64,000 nt of DNA from Deferribacterales bacterium (GCA_050251875.1 JBFWMA010000002.1:422401-486400); one strand, 5' to 3'; shown: positions 28,384 through 39,659, counted from the stretch's first letter. Notes: a model not told the origin generated them from the sequence alone. Made by a program: numbers and translations.

Positions 28384-30303
28384 TTATTCGGTAAACGTCT
28401 TAAGTATTCTGCTTCTGGTGGGGTGGCGGAGCTTTCTCAGTGCTTTTGCTTCGATCTGTCTGATACGCTCTCTTGTAACATTGAACTGTTTACCTACCTC
28501 TTCCAGTGTATGATCGGAGTCGCAGTTGATTCCGAAGCGCAGTTTCAGCACTTCAGCCTCTCTGTGGCTCAGAGTTTCCAGTATCTGCTGTGTATGTTCC
28601 TTCAGTTTGAGATATGTAACCTCTTCTGACGGGTTCTTAGCTGATTTATCCTCGATAAAATCGCCCAGAGACGAATCCTCATCCTCACCGATGGGTGTTT
28701 CCAGAGAAACGGGCTCTTTGGCTATTTTCATCACTTTTTTGATCTTCTCAACAGGGATATCCATCTTCTGTGATATCTCCTCGGGGGTGGGTTCACGCCC
28801 CATATCCTGCTGAAGCTGACGTGTGATTTTCATCATCTTGTTGATGGTTTCTATCATGTGCACGGGGATACGGATGGTTCTCGCCTGATCCGCTATGGCT
28901 CTTGTGATCGCCTGACGGATCCACCATGTGGCATAGGTGGAGAATTTGTATCCTCTTTTATACTCGAACTTCTCAACGGCCTTCATAAGACCGATGTTTC
29001 CTTCCTGTATCAGGTCGAGGAACTGAAGCCCTCTGTTGGTGTATTTCTTGGCTATGGAGACAACCAGCCTGAGGTTCGCCTCTATCAGCTTTGATTTCGC
29101 TGTCTCAGTCTCATTCTCGCCCACTATGAGGCTCTCATGAATGACATCCAGCTCCGCCTTGTCGAATCCCAGATTGTTTATAGCGGCGAGATGGTTTTTC
29201 TTAGCCGATTTAAACTTTTTAAGGATCACAGCGTGGTCGGAGGCGTTCATTCCTCTGGCATCGCAGGCCGCCTTGATATCGTCTTCTGTGACGGTGGAGA
29301 TATCCTCCACAGTCATCTTAATCAGTTTGCAGAGTTTTTCCATGTCTCTGGTGCTGTCTGATATAGATGTATAAGCAAATTTGATATCTGAGGCAATGTT
29401 GCATATTTTAGAATAGTTTACTTTGATTTCGAGAAGTTTGTCGGTTATGTCGTCCACAGAATCGTGCATAGTCTGCTTAAAGCTGAGAATCTGATCTATG
29501 CTCAGCTTCTCCTCTTTGATTCTGTCGTTTATCATTATGTTGTATTTCAGCTTTTCCGCTATATCCTCAAGAATCACGATGAAGTGGGACTTAATCTGCT
29601 CTTCCCTCTCCTCTGAATCAACACTGAAAGCGACCTGAATTTCCGCTTCCGCCTCTATCTCTACTTCGGCTTCGGCTTCTGCTTCCTCTTCGGTCTCTCT
29701 GTCTTCTGTTTCATCTGATTCCTCGGCTGAATCCTCGAAATCATCATCCAGATTTCTGATCTCTGTTTCTGTGTCGTCCAGATCAGCGGGTTCGCTGTCC
29801 ATGTCGTCTTCGATATCGATGATATCTTTCAGGCGCATGCTGTCGTTTTTGATGCCGTCCGCGATCTCCATGATCTTGGCGGCTGTGCGGGGATAGAGCA
29901 GAACAGCTCTGAGCACTTTTCTCTGACCTTCCTCTATCTCTTTGGCTACTTCTATCTCCTCGTCACGATTAAGCAGAGGGATATTGCCCATCTCTTTCAG
30001 ATAGAGTCTGACGGGGTCGTCTGTGCTGATGGTTTCCTCTCCGACATCTTTCAGGATGCCAAGAGAATCCTCATCGTCATCGTCTATGTCGTCATCGGCT
30101 GTGAAAAGCCCGGGTTTGTCAACTTTAGAATCTATAACATCGATCTTCAGCTGAGCCAGCAGCATCATGATCTCGTCTATCAGTTCAGTTGAAAGAATTT
30201 CATCAGGCAGATTTTCGTTGATCTCATCGAAGGTAAGAAAACCTTTCTCTTTTCCAAGAGCGATTATGTTTTTGACTTCAGGGCTCTTAATCTTTCGTGA
30301 CAT
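28384..30303 (-). CDS. rpoD: RNA polymerase primary sigma factor
   Basis: Region 1.1, [46 protein letters not shown]. Confidence 0.98.
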   Translation of the reverse strand: MSRKIKSPEVKNIIALGKEKGFLTFDEINENLPDEILSTELIDEIMMLLAQLKIDVIDSKVDKPGLFTADDDIDDDDEDSLGILKDVGEETISTDDPVRLYLKEMGNIPLLNRDEEIEVAKEIEEGQRKVLRAVLLYPRTAAKIMEIADGIKNDSMRLKDIIDIEDDMDSEPADLDDTETEIRNLDDDFEDSAEESDETEDRETEEEAEAEAEVEIEAEAEIQVAFSVDSEEREEQIKSHFIVILEDIAEKLKYNIMINDRIKEEKLSIDQILSFKQTMHDSVDDITDKLLEIKVNYSKICNIASDIKFAYTSISDSTRDMEKLCKLIKMTVEDISTVTEDDIKAACDARGMNASDHAVILKKFKSAKKNHLAAINNLGFDKAELDVIHESLIVGENETETAKSKLIEANLRLVVSIAKKYTNRGLQFLDLIQEGNIGLMKAVEKFEYKRGYKFSTYATWWIRQAITRAIADQARTIRIPVHMIETINKMMKITRQLQQDMGREPTPEEISQKMDIPVEKIKKVMKIAKEPVSLETPIGEDEDSSLGDFIEDKSAKNPSEEVTYLKLKEHTQQILETLSHREAEVLKLRFGINCDSDHTLEEVGKQFNVTRERIRQIEAKALRKLRHPTRSRILKTFTE

Positions 30304-30309
30304 CAGGCA

Positions 30310-32016
30310 TCAATCCTCCGAATTCCTTTTATGCTGGGCAAGTCTGGCCAGTTCAAATTTCTTTCTGACAAGCTCAGCGGCGTTTCTGTCCGGTTTGTTC
30401 TGTATCTCTTTAGACAGATTTTCCATCACAGAGTTTGATAAAATCTTCTCTCTGCCAGCGGCCGCAAGTCTGTAGATATCTGTCTCAGGCATCTTAACAA
30501 TCGCCTCAGAAAGTTCACCGCCCACGTCCGGCTCGCACAAAAGGACATTGATATTATCACCCCTGCTGAAAACATCAAGAACTTTCTTAAATATTTCTGA
30601 CAATTTTTTGTCATGGAAATAATCAGGCGAAATGTTCTCCGTCAGCATCAGCGCCACATCGTCCGGCAGCTTGAACATCGAGGCGATAAACTCACGCTCA
30701 TAAATATATGTCACACCCCTTGCCTTCGGCAGTTTAGAGGTGACTCTTTTTAAAGTATTATTAGCCGCTGAAAGGTCAATATCCTTTTTCAGCATTTTCT
30801 CGTCCACCTGAAAGACGGCGGCGGTCTTTTCTCCGTAAAACTCTTTCCTGTATGGGCTTTTAACATTTACTAAAAGATTTTTCATCTTTTCCAAATATCT
30901 CAGTCTGGCGTTCAGATCCTTAGCCGAACGCATAAGAGTCTCGGCGGTAAAGATAAAGAGATCTTTTTTGCCTTCTAAAAGAGCGTCAAAACCCTCTCTG
31001 CCGAATTTGTCCAGATATGAGTCCGGATCTTCATCAGCGGGAAGAAATATAACAGACGGATAGCTGTCCAGCGCCATAAATATCTCCAGACTCTTCAGAG
31101 CGGAGTTATATCCGGCGGCGTCCCCGTCATAGAGCATATAAATGTCTTCGGTATAGCGTTTCAACACCTCTACATGCTCTTTAGTAAGCGCAGTGCCCAT
31201 CGTGGCGACACAGTTGCCGTATCCTGCCTCGTGCAGGCGCATAACATCAAAATATCCTTCCACAATCAGCACAAAGCCCAGCTTTCGTATATGTTCTTTA
31301 GCGGAGTCCAGATTAAACAGCACTCTGCGTTTTTTGAATACCTCGGTCTCCGGAGAATTGATATATTTCGGCATCTGCCCCGTTATGGTTCTTCCGGAGA
31401 AGGCGATGGTCTTCGCCGTAACGTTCCTCACGGGGATCATCACTCTTTCATAAAACATAAGCCGGAGCCCGTATTTGCTCTCTTTAAACAGTCCGGAGCC
31501 CAGCAGAACGCTTTTGTCATATTTTCTGACATATTTTGACGTGTCCACATTGGCGGGAAAATAGCCTATCCTGAACTTTTCCAGCAGTGTATCGCCGAAA
31601 TTTCTCTTATGCAGATAGTCCAGAGCCTGCCTTCCCTCAGCGGAATATAAAAACTTTCTGGCGTCCGCCACCAGCTCTTCGTGCAGAGCGATGATATCCT
31701 TCGCCTGTTCGTTTATATTCGTCTCGTATTCGATTGTAACACCATATCTGTCGGCAAGAAACATAACAGCGTCCGGAAACGCCAGATTATAATATTTCAT
31801 AACGAAAGAGATGACGTTGCCGCCGTCACCACAGCCGAAACAGTGATAAAACCCCTTATCCGGGTGAACATTGAACGAAGGGGTCTTCTCCGAATGAAAA
31901 GGACATAATCCCTTAAAGCTGCCTCCCAGCTTCTTTAAAGGCACCACATCGTTAACGATCTCGTAAATATCGCTGGCTTCTAAAACTTCGTCTATTTTGG
32001 ATGAAGGTATTTTCAT
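30310..32016 (-). CDS. dnaG: DNA primase
   Basis: CPFHSEKTPSF...CFGC zinc finger, KYINSPET, EGYFDV, DGDAAG TOPRIM. Confidence 0.97.
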   Translation of the reverse strand: MKIPSSKIDEVLEASDIYEIVNDVVPLKKLGGSFKGLCPFHSEKTPSFNVHPDKGFYHCFGCGDGGNVISFVMKYYNLAFPDAVMFLADRYGVTIEYETNINEQAKDIIALHEELVADARKFLYSAEGRQALDYLHKRNFGDTLLEKFRIGYFPANVDTSKYVRKYDKSVLLGSGLFKESKYGLRLMFYERVMIPVRNVTAKTIAFSGRTITGQMPKYINSPETEVFKKRRVLFNLDSAKEHIRKLGFVLIVEGYFDVMRLHEAGYGNCVATMGTALTKEHVEVLKRYTEDIYMLYDGDAAGYNSALKSLEIFMALDSYPSVIFLPADEDPDSYLDKFGREGFDALLEGKKDLFIFTAETLMRSAKDLNARLRYLEKMKNLLVNVKSPYRKEFYGEKTAAVFQVDEKMLKKDIDLSAANNTLKRVTSKLPKARGVTYIYEREFIASMFKLPDDVALMLTENISPDYFHDKKLSEIFKKVLDVFSRGDNINVLLCEPDVGGELSEAIVKMPETDIYRLAAAGREKILSNSVMENLSKEIQNKPDRNAAELVRKKFELARLAQHKRNSED

Positions 32017-32091
32017 AAATGTTTGCGGGGGACTCCTGAAATCATACTTATATTTTATAGACAACTGAATAAATATCAAATATATTTTGCC

Positions 32092-33033
32092 ATGCTGGAA
32101 ATTAAAAATATCTCTGTGGAGCTGAAAGGCTCTGACAAACATTTTCTGATTCTCCGTGATGTCAGCCTCTCGCTGAAAAAAGGAGAAATAATCGGCATAG
32201 CCGGCGAATCCGGCAGCGGAAAAACCATTTTAGCCAAAACCATCCTTAATCTGATATCAAATCCCGTGGTAAAAACAGGCGGCGAAATAATTCTGGACGG
32301 CAAACCTGTCGTCACGGAGCAGGATTTCAGAAACATCAGAGGCGACAGGATTTCCATGATATTCCAGAACCCCACAGCCTCCCTGAACCCCGTCTTCACC
32401 ATCGGCGACCAGATAACAGAAGCCATCCGCACGCATCACCCTGAGATATCCGTTAAAGAAGCGCTTTCCATGGCGGAACAGCTTCTGTCCGAAGTGGAGA
32501 TACCCCATCCGAAAGAGAGACTCAAGGCATATCCACACCAGCTCTCCGGCGGGATGAACCAGCGTGTCATGATAGCCATCGCCCTCTCCAGCAGCCCGGA
32601 GGTGCTGATAGCGGATGAACCCACAACGGCGCTGGACGTTACCATACAGATGCAGATTATCCGTCTGCTGAAAAGGCTCAACCGGGAGAAAGGGCTCTCC
32701 GTGATATTCATCACCCACGATCTCGAGCTTTTGGCTAATACCGCCGAAGACTGCTACATAATGTACGCCGGCGAGATAATGGAAAAACTGGCGGCAAAAG
32801 ACCTGAAAAGCGACAATATCAGACATCCGTATACAAAAAACCTGAAAGCCTGTGTACCGCAAATAGGCGAAAAAAGGGAATACCTGAATACCATACAGGG
32901 AACAATCACTTTTAACGGAAATGAATTTGATAATAAATGCGTTTTTGCCGAAAGATGCGGCAGAAAGACAGATATCTGCGTAACAAAAAAACCGGAATTC
33001 AAAAACGGATTCTGCTGTTTCAACCCCTATTAG
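32092..33033 (+). CDS. Peptide/nickel ABC transporter ATP-binding subunit (DppD/OppD-like)
   Basis: GESGSGKT, YPHQLSGGMNQR, ADEPTTALD, HPYT, C-terminal Cys motif. Confidence 0.92.
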   Translation: MLEIKNISVELKGSDKHFLILRDVSLSLKKGEIIGIAGESGSGKTILAKTILNLISNPVVKTGGEIILDGKPVVTEQDFRNIRGDRISMIFQNPTASLNPVFTIGDQITEAIRTHHPEISVKEALSMAEQLLSEVEIPHPKERLKAYPHQLSGGMNQRVMIAIALSSSPEVLIADEPTTALDVTIQMQIIRLLKRLNREKGLSVIFITHDLELLANTAEDCYIMYAGEIMEKLAAKDLKSDNIRHPYTKNLKACVPQIGEKREYLNTIQGTITFNGNEFDNKCVFAERCGRKTDICVTKKPEFKNGFCCFNPY

Positions 33034-34349
33034 ACATGGATATTCTTCCATTTACCGCTTCTGAAGCGTACCAGAAGCACCATCGCCCTGCCCACTGATT
33101 CCAGCATCGCCACCAGATACAGCCATACAGAGTTAGTCACATAAAAAGTCAGAAGCCATGCCGGAAGTATCCGCACGCCCCAGAGAGATATACTGTTGAT
33201 GATAAACGTTGTCCCTGTGTCTCCGGCGCCCCTCAGACATCCGGAAAGCACAAAACACATAGCCAGAGGCACCTGAGATATGCCCATGATGCGCAGATAC
33301 CATGCGGCGTTTTCGATAGTCGCCTCGTTATGGGTGAAGACCGAAGCCAGAGAGACCGGGAAAAGAGCCATCAGAAGCCCTATAACGCCCATTATCACAG
33401 ATGCCGACACTACTGTCGCCTTTGCGTCTTTCTCCGCCTCGTCAGGGTTTCCGGCGCCTATCCCCTGCCCCACCAGAGCCATCCCAGCCAGTGTGAAACC
33501 CACTCCGGGCATAAAAGCCAGTCCCTCTATGCGCAGACCTATCTGGTATCCGGCGAGCGAATCTACGCCGTATTTTGCTATCAGAGCGGACAGGACAAGA
33601 TATGACGGATGCACGGAGAGACGCTCTATCCATGCGGGAACCGCCACCCTGATCCCCCTTTTCAGCAGAGAAAAGTCAGGCTTAAACACTATCCGGATGC
33701 GTTTCTGAGCCAGATAGACGTAAAGATATATGAGTATCTGAAAATAATAGACTATAACAGTGGCGAGCGCCGCTCCCTTAACCCCCAGAGCCGGAAAACC
33801 CAGATGACCGAATATCATAACCCAATCGAGAAAAATATTCAGCGCATTTCCGGAAAGACTGATGAAGAGCGGTACCTTTGTCTGACCGATGGCGTTCATC
33901 CCGCTGAAAAGCACACCCATCATAAACATCACAGGGATGCAGTAGGCGAATGTAGTGAGATAAACGTCACCTATATCGGCGACCTCCTGCCCCGTGTTGA
34001 GCAGATGAAACAGAAGAGGCGCCTTGTAAAATATGAAAAACATAAGAGGAACAGACAGCACGAAGGAGAACATCAGCATCATAAAAATAGTCTGTCCGGC
34101 GCCCTTCTCATCCTTAGCGCCGAAAAAACGTGATACGAGAATATTCGTACCCACATACAGCACGGACATCAGAGCGTAAAAAAGCCCGATGTACTGCATG
34201 CTGACACCGACAGAAGCCACACTGGCGGCGGATATCCGCCCCACAAAGAGCATATCCACCATATTCTGAACCATGTTCATCAGGTTATGAAATGCGGCGG
34301 GAAGCGAAATCGAAAGCACTCTGCGGTAGCGTTCGTTGAGGAATGTCAT
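33030..34349 (-). CDS. MATE-family efflux transporter
   Basis: About 12 TM helices; D..FVG, NIFLD..MIFG.LG.PALGV.GAALAT. Confidence 0.92.
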   Translation of the reverse strand: MTFLNERYRRVLSISLPAAFHNLMNMVQNMVDMLFVGRISAASVASVGVSMQYIGLFYALMSVLYVGTNILVSRFFGAKDEKGAGQTIFMMLMFSFVLSVPLMFFIFYKAPLLFHLLNTGQEVADIGDVYLTTFAYCIPVMFMMGVLFSGMNAIGQTKVPLFISLSGNALNIFLDWVMIFGHLGFPALGVKGAALATVIVYYFQILIYLYVYLAQKRIRIVFKPDFSLLKRGIRVAVPAWIERLSVHPSYLVLSALIAKYGVDSLAGYQIGLRIEGLAFMPGVGFTLAGMALVGQGIGAGNPDEAEKDAKATVVSASVIMGVIGLLMALFPVSLASVFTHNEATIENAAWYLRIMGISQVPLAMCFVLSGCLRGAGDTGTTFIINSISLWGVRILPAWLLTFYVTNSVWLYLVAMLESVGRAMVLLVRFRSGKWKNIHV

Positions 34350-34472
34350 ATATTCTCCGTTATAACCATAGGAAATATAATGTAATTCGGCTGAAAGTAT
34401 ATTGCAATAAATCTGTTTTAGTCATAAAATAAAATAAATAAAATAGTATCTCATAATAACAGGCAAAAGATA

Positions 34473-35156
34473 ATGATAGGGAAGTTATTTAACAAAAAAT
34501 CACAGTCAGATAAGAGCTCAGACCCCATTGCTATCTATATTAATAAGCTGTGCGAGAATTTCAGTAAAAATATAACAACGGATGAAAACATATCTGATGC
34601 CGTTTTTTCCGTGGTGGACACCGAGACCACCGGACTGGATATAGAAAACGCTAAAATAATAAACATAGCCGCAGTGAAGGTTCAGAACTATAAAATAATC
34701 GATTTTTATAATTCTTTTATCAACCCTGAAATAACGATCCCGCCGGAATCCATAAAATGGCACAACATCACGGACGAAATGGTTCAGGACAAGCCCACAG
34801 CCGGAGAGGTTCTGCCTGATTTTATCAATTTCGTGGGCAGTTCCGTTATTGTCGGTCACCACATCAATTTCGACATAACTATGATAAACAAAGAGCTGGG
34901 AGAATGTTTCGGGTGCAGAATGTCTAACCAGAAGCTGGACACCATGCTCATCTATTCCAGAGGAATAGTTAAGAAAAGCGACCACTACAGCCTCGATTAT
35001 CTGCTTGATAAATATAAAGTAGTCTGCAACGGCAGACACACCGCCCTGGGTGACGCTCTCGCCACGGCGGAGGTTTTCACCAAGATGATAAGCCTGGCTA
35101 AGATGGATTTCGCCACCGTGAGAGACCTGCTGGACTGCCAGAAAGACTTCTCCTGA
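34473..35156 (+). CDS. DEDDh 3'-5' exonuclease (DnaQ/PolC-like)
   Basis: VDTETTG, GHHINFD, HTALGDA. Confidence 0.9.
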   Translation: MIGKLFNKKSQSDKSSDPIAIYINKLCENFSKNITTDENISDAVFSVVDTETTGLDIENAKIINIAAVKVQNYKIIDFYNSFINPEITIPPESIKWHNITDEMVQDKPTAGEVLPDFINFVGSSVIVGHHINFDITMINKELGECFGCRMSNQKLDTMLIYSRGIVKKSDHYSLDYLLDKYKVVCNGRHTALGDALATAEVFTKMISLAKMDFATVRDLLDCQKDFS

Positions 35157-35205
35157 CAAAGACTTTTCATTGACTGTAAAACGTTAGTGGGTTAATATTT
35201 CCCCC

Positions 35206-35601
35206 ATGAACTCATTTCTACCCAACATACTCAGAGAAATAATTGATAACTATGAAAAGTTTTTCATGCATCTCATGCCGCACCCGGAGCTGATCATCGG
35301 TTCCAGAGGGCTCATCGGTGACGAGACGAAAAACGGTATCGTGCTGGTATTCAGCTCATATTCCTATGACAAACTGAATATCGACAACGAATGCGTTACT
35401 GTTAACATGAAGTTCTCCGGGAACTGGGAAAGCCTCTATATCCCCATAGAATGCATCAGCGCCATGTTCAACGACCCTGTTAAGCCGGAGTTCATGTTCA
35501 GCTTCAAACCTCAGAACAAAAAGGCGGAAGAGAAAAAAGAAGAAAAAGTGTCCCCCGCATTCACAGGGGACAACGTTATTGAGTTCAAACCCAGAAAGTA
35601 A
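35206..35601 (+). CDS. SspB-like ClpXP adaptor
   Basis: L.I....V.MKFSG....LYIP...I.A pattern; flexible tail ending NVIEFKPRK. Confidence 0.7.
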   Translation: MNSFLPNILREIIDNYEKFFMHLMPHPELIIGSRGLIGDETKNGIVLVFSSYSYDKLNIDNECVTVNMKFSGNWESLYIPIECISAMFNDPVKPEFMFSFKPQNKKAEEKKEEKVSPAFTGDNVIEFKPRK

Positions 35602-35621
35602 CCCTTAATCACGGACTTTTA

Positions 35622-35906
35622 TCATGACCGTGTTTTTTCGCCAACTTCCTGTTTTATCTCCCCGGCATCTTTCCAGAGAGTATTCATTTCCTTATCTTTT
35701 GCGGCGGTACACTTGTTCATGGTAACCGTGTCGTCCGCTCTGTTCAGGCACTGAACATATTTTTCCAGAATCTTCATCTGTTCCAGCGCCATCACTTTTC
35801 TGTACTGAATCTGTTTCATCACCTTCGGATCGGTCTTTTTAAAGATGCCGTCCGCCTGCGCGAACGCAGGCAGAAGCATCATGGATATTATCAGAATTCT
35901 CAGCAT
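35622..35906 (-). CDS. Small secreted helical protein with one Cys pair
   Basis: Signal peptide ending AFAQA; CLNRA...KC. Confidence 0.7.
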   Translation of the reverse strand: MLRILIISMMLLPAFAQADGIFKKTDPKVMKQIQYRKVMALEQMKILEKYVQCLNRADDTVTMNKCTAAKDKEMNTLWKDAGEIKQEVGEKTRS

Positions 35907-35908
35907 GA

Positions 35909-37639
35909 TTATATTCCGGTCTCCTCTATCTCAGGGCTCACGCCTTTGAACTGAGGCATAACCATTCCGACTGTGGCATTGATATATGTCGGGTCGGCGA
36001 TGGTATACTTTTTGCCTTTGTATGAAAGATAGGCGCCCTGAGTCTTATCCCCCAGATCAACCGCTGTGGCAACGTGGTTGGGAAAATTAAGCATAACCAC
36101 ATCCACGTTCAGCAGATTTTTCACCAGATAGGCGAAGAAGATGCTTCTGTCCTCGCAGTCGCTGTAGGGATAGTATATGGTCTCTTCGGCGAAAAGAAAC
36201 TTTTCTTTGCCGAACTGGTTGTCATCGGTCTTATACTCGAATGCGGTCTGTACAAATCTCAGAAGCAGGTTAACGCTTTCATCCAGCGTCTTGCCCTTCA
36301 CAGCCTCTTTAAGAGTGGGCAGAACTGTCTGCTCAACCCATTCCGGTTTTGCGGCTGATGTGTATACGGAAAGCTCTGACTGGGGAAAACTGTTAAAGTA
36401 TGCCACATCATATTTATTGATGATGGATTTCACTGTGTATTTCTGTTTTTTGTACTCAAAGCTGAGATCTCTGGCATATCCGGAGAAAGTCAGCTTTGGC
36501 GCGGACATCTTTTTCAGAGTTATTTTTTTATTGGAATCAGGATATGAGCCGCTGTATGTGTACAGGCTGGATGATGTCGATTTCTTCTCGAATGTATCTA
36601 TGACATAATATTTCACGCCGTTGAACTTATAGAAAGAAACGCCGTACATCGAGCTGTCAGAGGGAACCATGACCTTAGCCTGTCCGTCTTTGGTATATCC
36701 GAGTTTGGCGTCATATCCGCTTTTTATCAGGAAGAACCACACAAGCATCTTCTGCTCCGGATTGTCTCCTTTCAGCTTGGCTGTGAATCTCTCCAGCAGG
36801 AGGACATAGCCCCAGTCTCCCAGACCGTTTTTGCTGACGGCGGATTCCATATATTTTACTGTTTTTTTATAGTCTGACCCTGCCACTGTTTCCCACCATT
36901 TGGCTATGGCGGCGGAAGACAGAGGTTTCTGAGCATCGGAAGTGATTCTCTGGTCATAGGGAATGTTAAGAGACACGCCATAGAACGACAGAGCGGCGTA
37001 ATCTTTTCCGGAGGGTTCCGGAGCGACATAAGGAGCAGGCTCAGGTGCTTTGGGCGCTGTCTGCTGGGGAGCGGCTTTGGGAGCCTCAGGAATCTTCACC
37101 ACGGGAGCTGGAACCACGGGAACGACAGGTACAACAGGCGCCGCCGGAACAACAGGTTTCACCGGTTCGGCTATTTTCACCGGTTCTTTGACCGGTTCCG
37201 TCTTTTTCTCGGGCTCAGGTTTTTTCTCCGGCTCTTTTGCCACCGGTTCCGGTTTCGCAGGCACAGGTTTCACGGGTTCTTTAACCACGGGTTCCGGTTT
37301 TACCGGAGCGGGTTTCGGCTCGGCTTTTCCTGTGGGGGTGGAATCGGGTTCCGGCTTGGGCTCGGGTTTAGGTATTATCTTTACAGGTTCCAGAACCTTA
37401 ACAGGTTCGGCAACGGGAATTTTCACAGGCTTAGGTTTCTCAAACAGCTCATCGGGTTTTTCCCCGTTGAATTCCTTCCACTGCTGTTTCAGAAATGATG
37501 AAAACTCTTTGTCTATCTCATCCAGATATGTCTGGTATTCAGACATCTGAGCCTTCAGATATTCTTCATAAGTCTCGGCATAAGCGTTAGCGCCGAAAAT
37601 AACCGCTGTTAAGCAGATAAATAATTTAAGTCTGTTCAT
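35909..37639 (-). CDS. Secreted protein with Pro/Lys/Glu-rich linker and C-terminal transglutaminase-like domain
   Basis: Signal peptide; (K/E)P repeats; SDCEDRS...NHVA...ADPT Cys-His-Asp arrangement. Confidence 0.75.
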   Translation of the reverse strand: MNRLKLFICLTAVIFGANAYAETYEEYLKAQMSEYQTYLDEIDKEFSSFLKQQWKEFNGEKPDELFEKPKPVKIPVAEPVKVLEPVKIIPKPEPKPEPDSTPTGKAEPKPAPVKPEPVVKEPVKPVPAKPEPVAKEPEKKPEPEKKTEPVKEPVKIAEPVKPVVPAAPVVPVVPVVPAPVVKIPEAPKAAPQQTAPKAPEPAPYVAPEPSGKDYAALSFYGVSLNIPYDQRITSDAQKPLSSAAIAKWWETVAGSDYKKTVKYMESAVSKNGLGDWGYVLLLERFTAKLKGDNPEQKMLVWFFLIKSGYDAKLGYTKDGQAKVMVPSDSSMYGVSFYKFNGVKYYVIDTFEKKSTSSSLYTYSGSYPDSNKKITLKKMSAPKLTFSGYARDLSFEYKKQKYTVKSIINKYDVAYFNSFPQSELSVYTSAAKPEWVEQTVLPTLKEAVKGKTLDESVNLLLRFVQTAFEYKTDDNQFGKEKFLFAEETIYYPYSDCEDRSIFFAYLVKNLLNVDVVMLNFPNHVATAVDLGDKTQGAYLSYKGKKYTIADPTYINATVGMVMPQFKGVSPEIEETGI

Positions 37640-37708
37640 AGCCCTCTCCTATTTATGCTTATATATTATACCAGCACTCATGGATAAACGAGGGAAAATT
37701 ACCTATGA

Positions 37709-38182
37709 TCAGTTAAATACCACATCGATTATTTCGTATTCAATATCTCCGCCGGGCGCCTGAACTATCACTTCATCGCCTTTCTTCTTGTTAACCAGAG
37801 CTCTGGCGAGGGGCGACATGATGGAGACAGTGCCTTTGGATATATTAGCTTCATCGGGACCGACAATTTTATATTTTTTCTGTTCGGAAGTGTCGACATT
37901 CTCTATCAGAACAGTAGCGCCGAAAACGATCTTGTCCCCGGACAGAACGGATGTGTCGATGACCTGGAATCTGCCCATTTTGCCTTCCAGCTCGGCGATT
38001 CTGGCTTCGATCATACCCTGACGCTCTTTGGCGGCGTCATACTCAGCGTTTTCAGAAAGGTCTCCGTGGCTTCTCGCTTCTTCAATGGCGAGCACCACTT
38101 CTTTTCTATCTACTGTTTTGAGCTTCTCCAGCTCTTTTTTTATTGTTGCGTATCCATCCGTAGTAATCGGAATCCTATCCAT
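37709..38182 (-). CDS. greA: Transcription elongation factor GreA
   Basis: AIEEARSHGDLSENAEY, SPLARAL. Confidence 0.96.
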   Translation of the reverse strand: MDRIPITTDGYATIKKELEKLKTVDRKEVVLAIEEARSHGDLSENAEYDAAKERQGMIEARIAELEGKMGRFQVIDTSVLSGDKIVFGATVLIENVDTSEQKKYKIVGPDEANISKGTVSIMSPLARALVNKKKGDEVIVQAPGGDIEYEIIDVVFN

Positions 38183-39659
38183 CCTTATCCTCCGAAACTT
38201 TCCTGCCGGTAACGAAGCTACTAATATACCCGTCCTTGAGTCTGATATCAAGTTCATCTTGCAGGCTGACGTCAAAAACACTCTTAACCGTTCTTTTTCC
38301 CGCTGTTACTCTGGCATATCCTTTGGACAGCAGGTTGTCGGGGTTAAGTGTTTCCAGTTTAACCATTAAATGATCCAGCTTCGATCTGTTCTCCGCTGTT
38401 TTTCTGCTTAATATCAGTAGGAGCTTATCAGTCTGCTTTTCGGCAGAATTCTTATATTTTTCCAGTTTCATGACGGGGGAGAGCAGAGACATTCTGCCAG
38501 CGATCCTGTCAGTGCGCTGTGAGAGCGCCGACAGCTTCTTCACCATGATCTCACGAAACAATGAAATACTGTTTTCCAGTCTCCGCCTGTCTCTGTCCAC
38601 GGCGGTTCTGGGAGACAATGTTTGTAGTATACCACCGAGATCTGATAAATGTGACCTTTTTTGCTGTATTTTATGTTTAACGGCGGAAAAACATGATTTC
38701 TCATACATTATAACACTCTGTCTGTCCCTCTGTATCCTGTTCACGGGGGAATAAGACACCACGGACGACTGAAGCATATCGAGCCTCTGCATATTCTGAA
38801 AAAGCCTGTTCAGCACCAGCTCGCTCATCCTTTTATGATGGCTGTCCAAGTTTTTATGAGCCTCGGCGTATCCGGCGCTGAGAAGATTAGCCGCCGCTGT
38901 GGGGGTTGCCACACGCACATCCGCCACAAAATCGCATATCGAAAAATCCCTCTCGTGACCGATAGCGCTCACGGTGGGCACATCACATCCTTTCAGCGCT
39001 CTGGCGACAGGCTCTTCGTTAAAAACAGCCAGATCCTCCAGAGAACCTCCGCCCCTCATCAGAACGAGAGCGTCATATCTGGCGGTCATTTTTCCCGCCT
39101 CATTCAGAGCCTTCACTATGGGCGCCACGGCGTCTTTTCCCTGTACGGGTACAGACCACACGTCCACGCTGAAAACTCCGCCCAGAGACCGCATAGTAAC
39201 CAGAAAGTCCTTAATGGCTGCTCCGGTGGCGGATGTAACCACTGCCACACGTTTCGGCAGATAGGGCACCTTCTTCTTGGTCTCTTCGCTGAAGAGCCCT
39301 TCGGATTCCAGCTTCTGCTTAACCTCTTCAAACAGCTTCCAGAAGAGACCTACAGAATCATAGTCCAGCTTCTTCACCAGAAGCTGATAATTGCCCCCCG
39401 CCTCATAAACGGTGAGTTCGCCCACCGCTTCCACACTGTCGCCGTTTTTCGGGTTATACCCACGGTTGGACATGGCGGCGCCTTTGAACATAACGCACTT
39501 GATCTGGGATTTCTCATCCTTCAGCACAAAGTAAAGGTGTCCGGCGGGAGAAGCGGAAAAGCTGGAGATTTCGCCCTTAACGGCGATATTATCGTTAAAA
39601 GTATTTTCCAATAGCTGTTTTACGGCTTTGGTCAGCTCGGTTACGCTGTATTTGTTCAT
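38175..39659 (-). CDS. xseA: Exodeoxyribonuclease VII large subunit
   Basis: GEIS, GHLYF.LKD, RGGGSLEDL, SAIGHERD, TPTAAA. Confidence 0.95.
   Translation of the reverse strand: MNKYSVTELTKAVKQLLENTFNDNIAVKGEISSFSASPAGHLYFVLKDEKSQIKCVMFKGAAMSNRGYNPKNGDSVEAVGELTVYEAGGNYQLLVKKLDYDSVGLFWKLFEEVKQKLESEGLFSEETKKKVPYLPKRVAVVTSATGAAIKDFLVTMRSLGGVFSVDVWSVPVQGKDAVAPIVKALNEAGKMTARYDALVLMRGGGSLEDLAVFNEEPVARALKGCDVPTVSAIGHERDFSICDFVADVRVATPTAAANLLSAGYAEAHKNLDSHHKRMSELVLNRLFQNMQRLDMLQSSVVSYSPVNRIQRDRQSVIMYEKSCFSAVKHKIQQKRSHLSDLGGILQTLSPRTAVDRDRRRLENSISLFREIMVKKLSALSQRTDRIAGRMSLLSPVMKLEKYKNSAEKQTDKLLLILSRKTAENRSKLDHLMVKLETLNPDNLLSKGYARVTAGKRTVKSVFDVSLQDELDIRLKDGYISSFVTGRKVSEDKDG

Noticed and set aside
29640..29830. 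Glu/Asp/Ala-rich low-complexity tract in rpoD
   Set aside because: Ordinary acidic non-conserved region of primary sigma factors
37050..37550. Gly/Thr-rich plus-strand ORF and repeat-like DNA
   Set aside because: Reverse complement of the Pro-rich linker of the minus-strand gene
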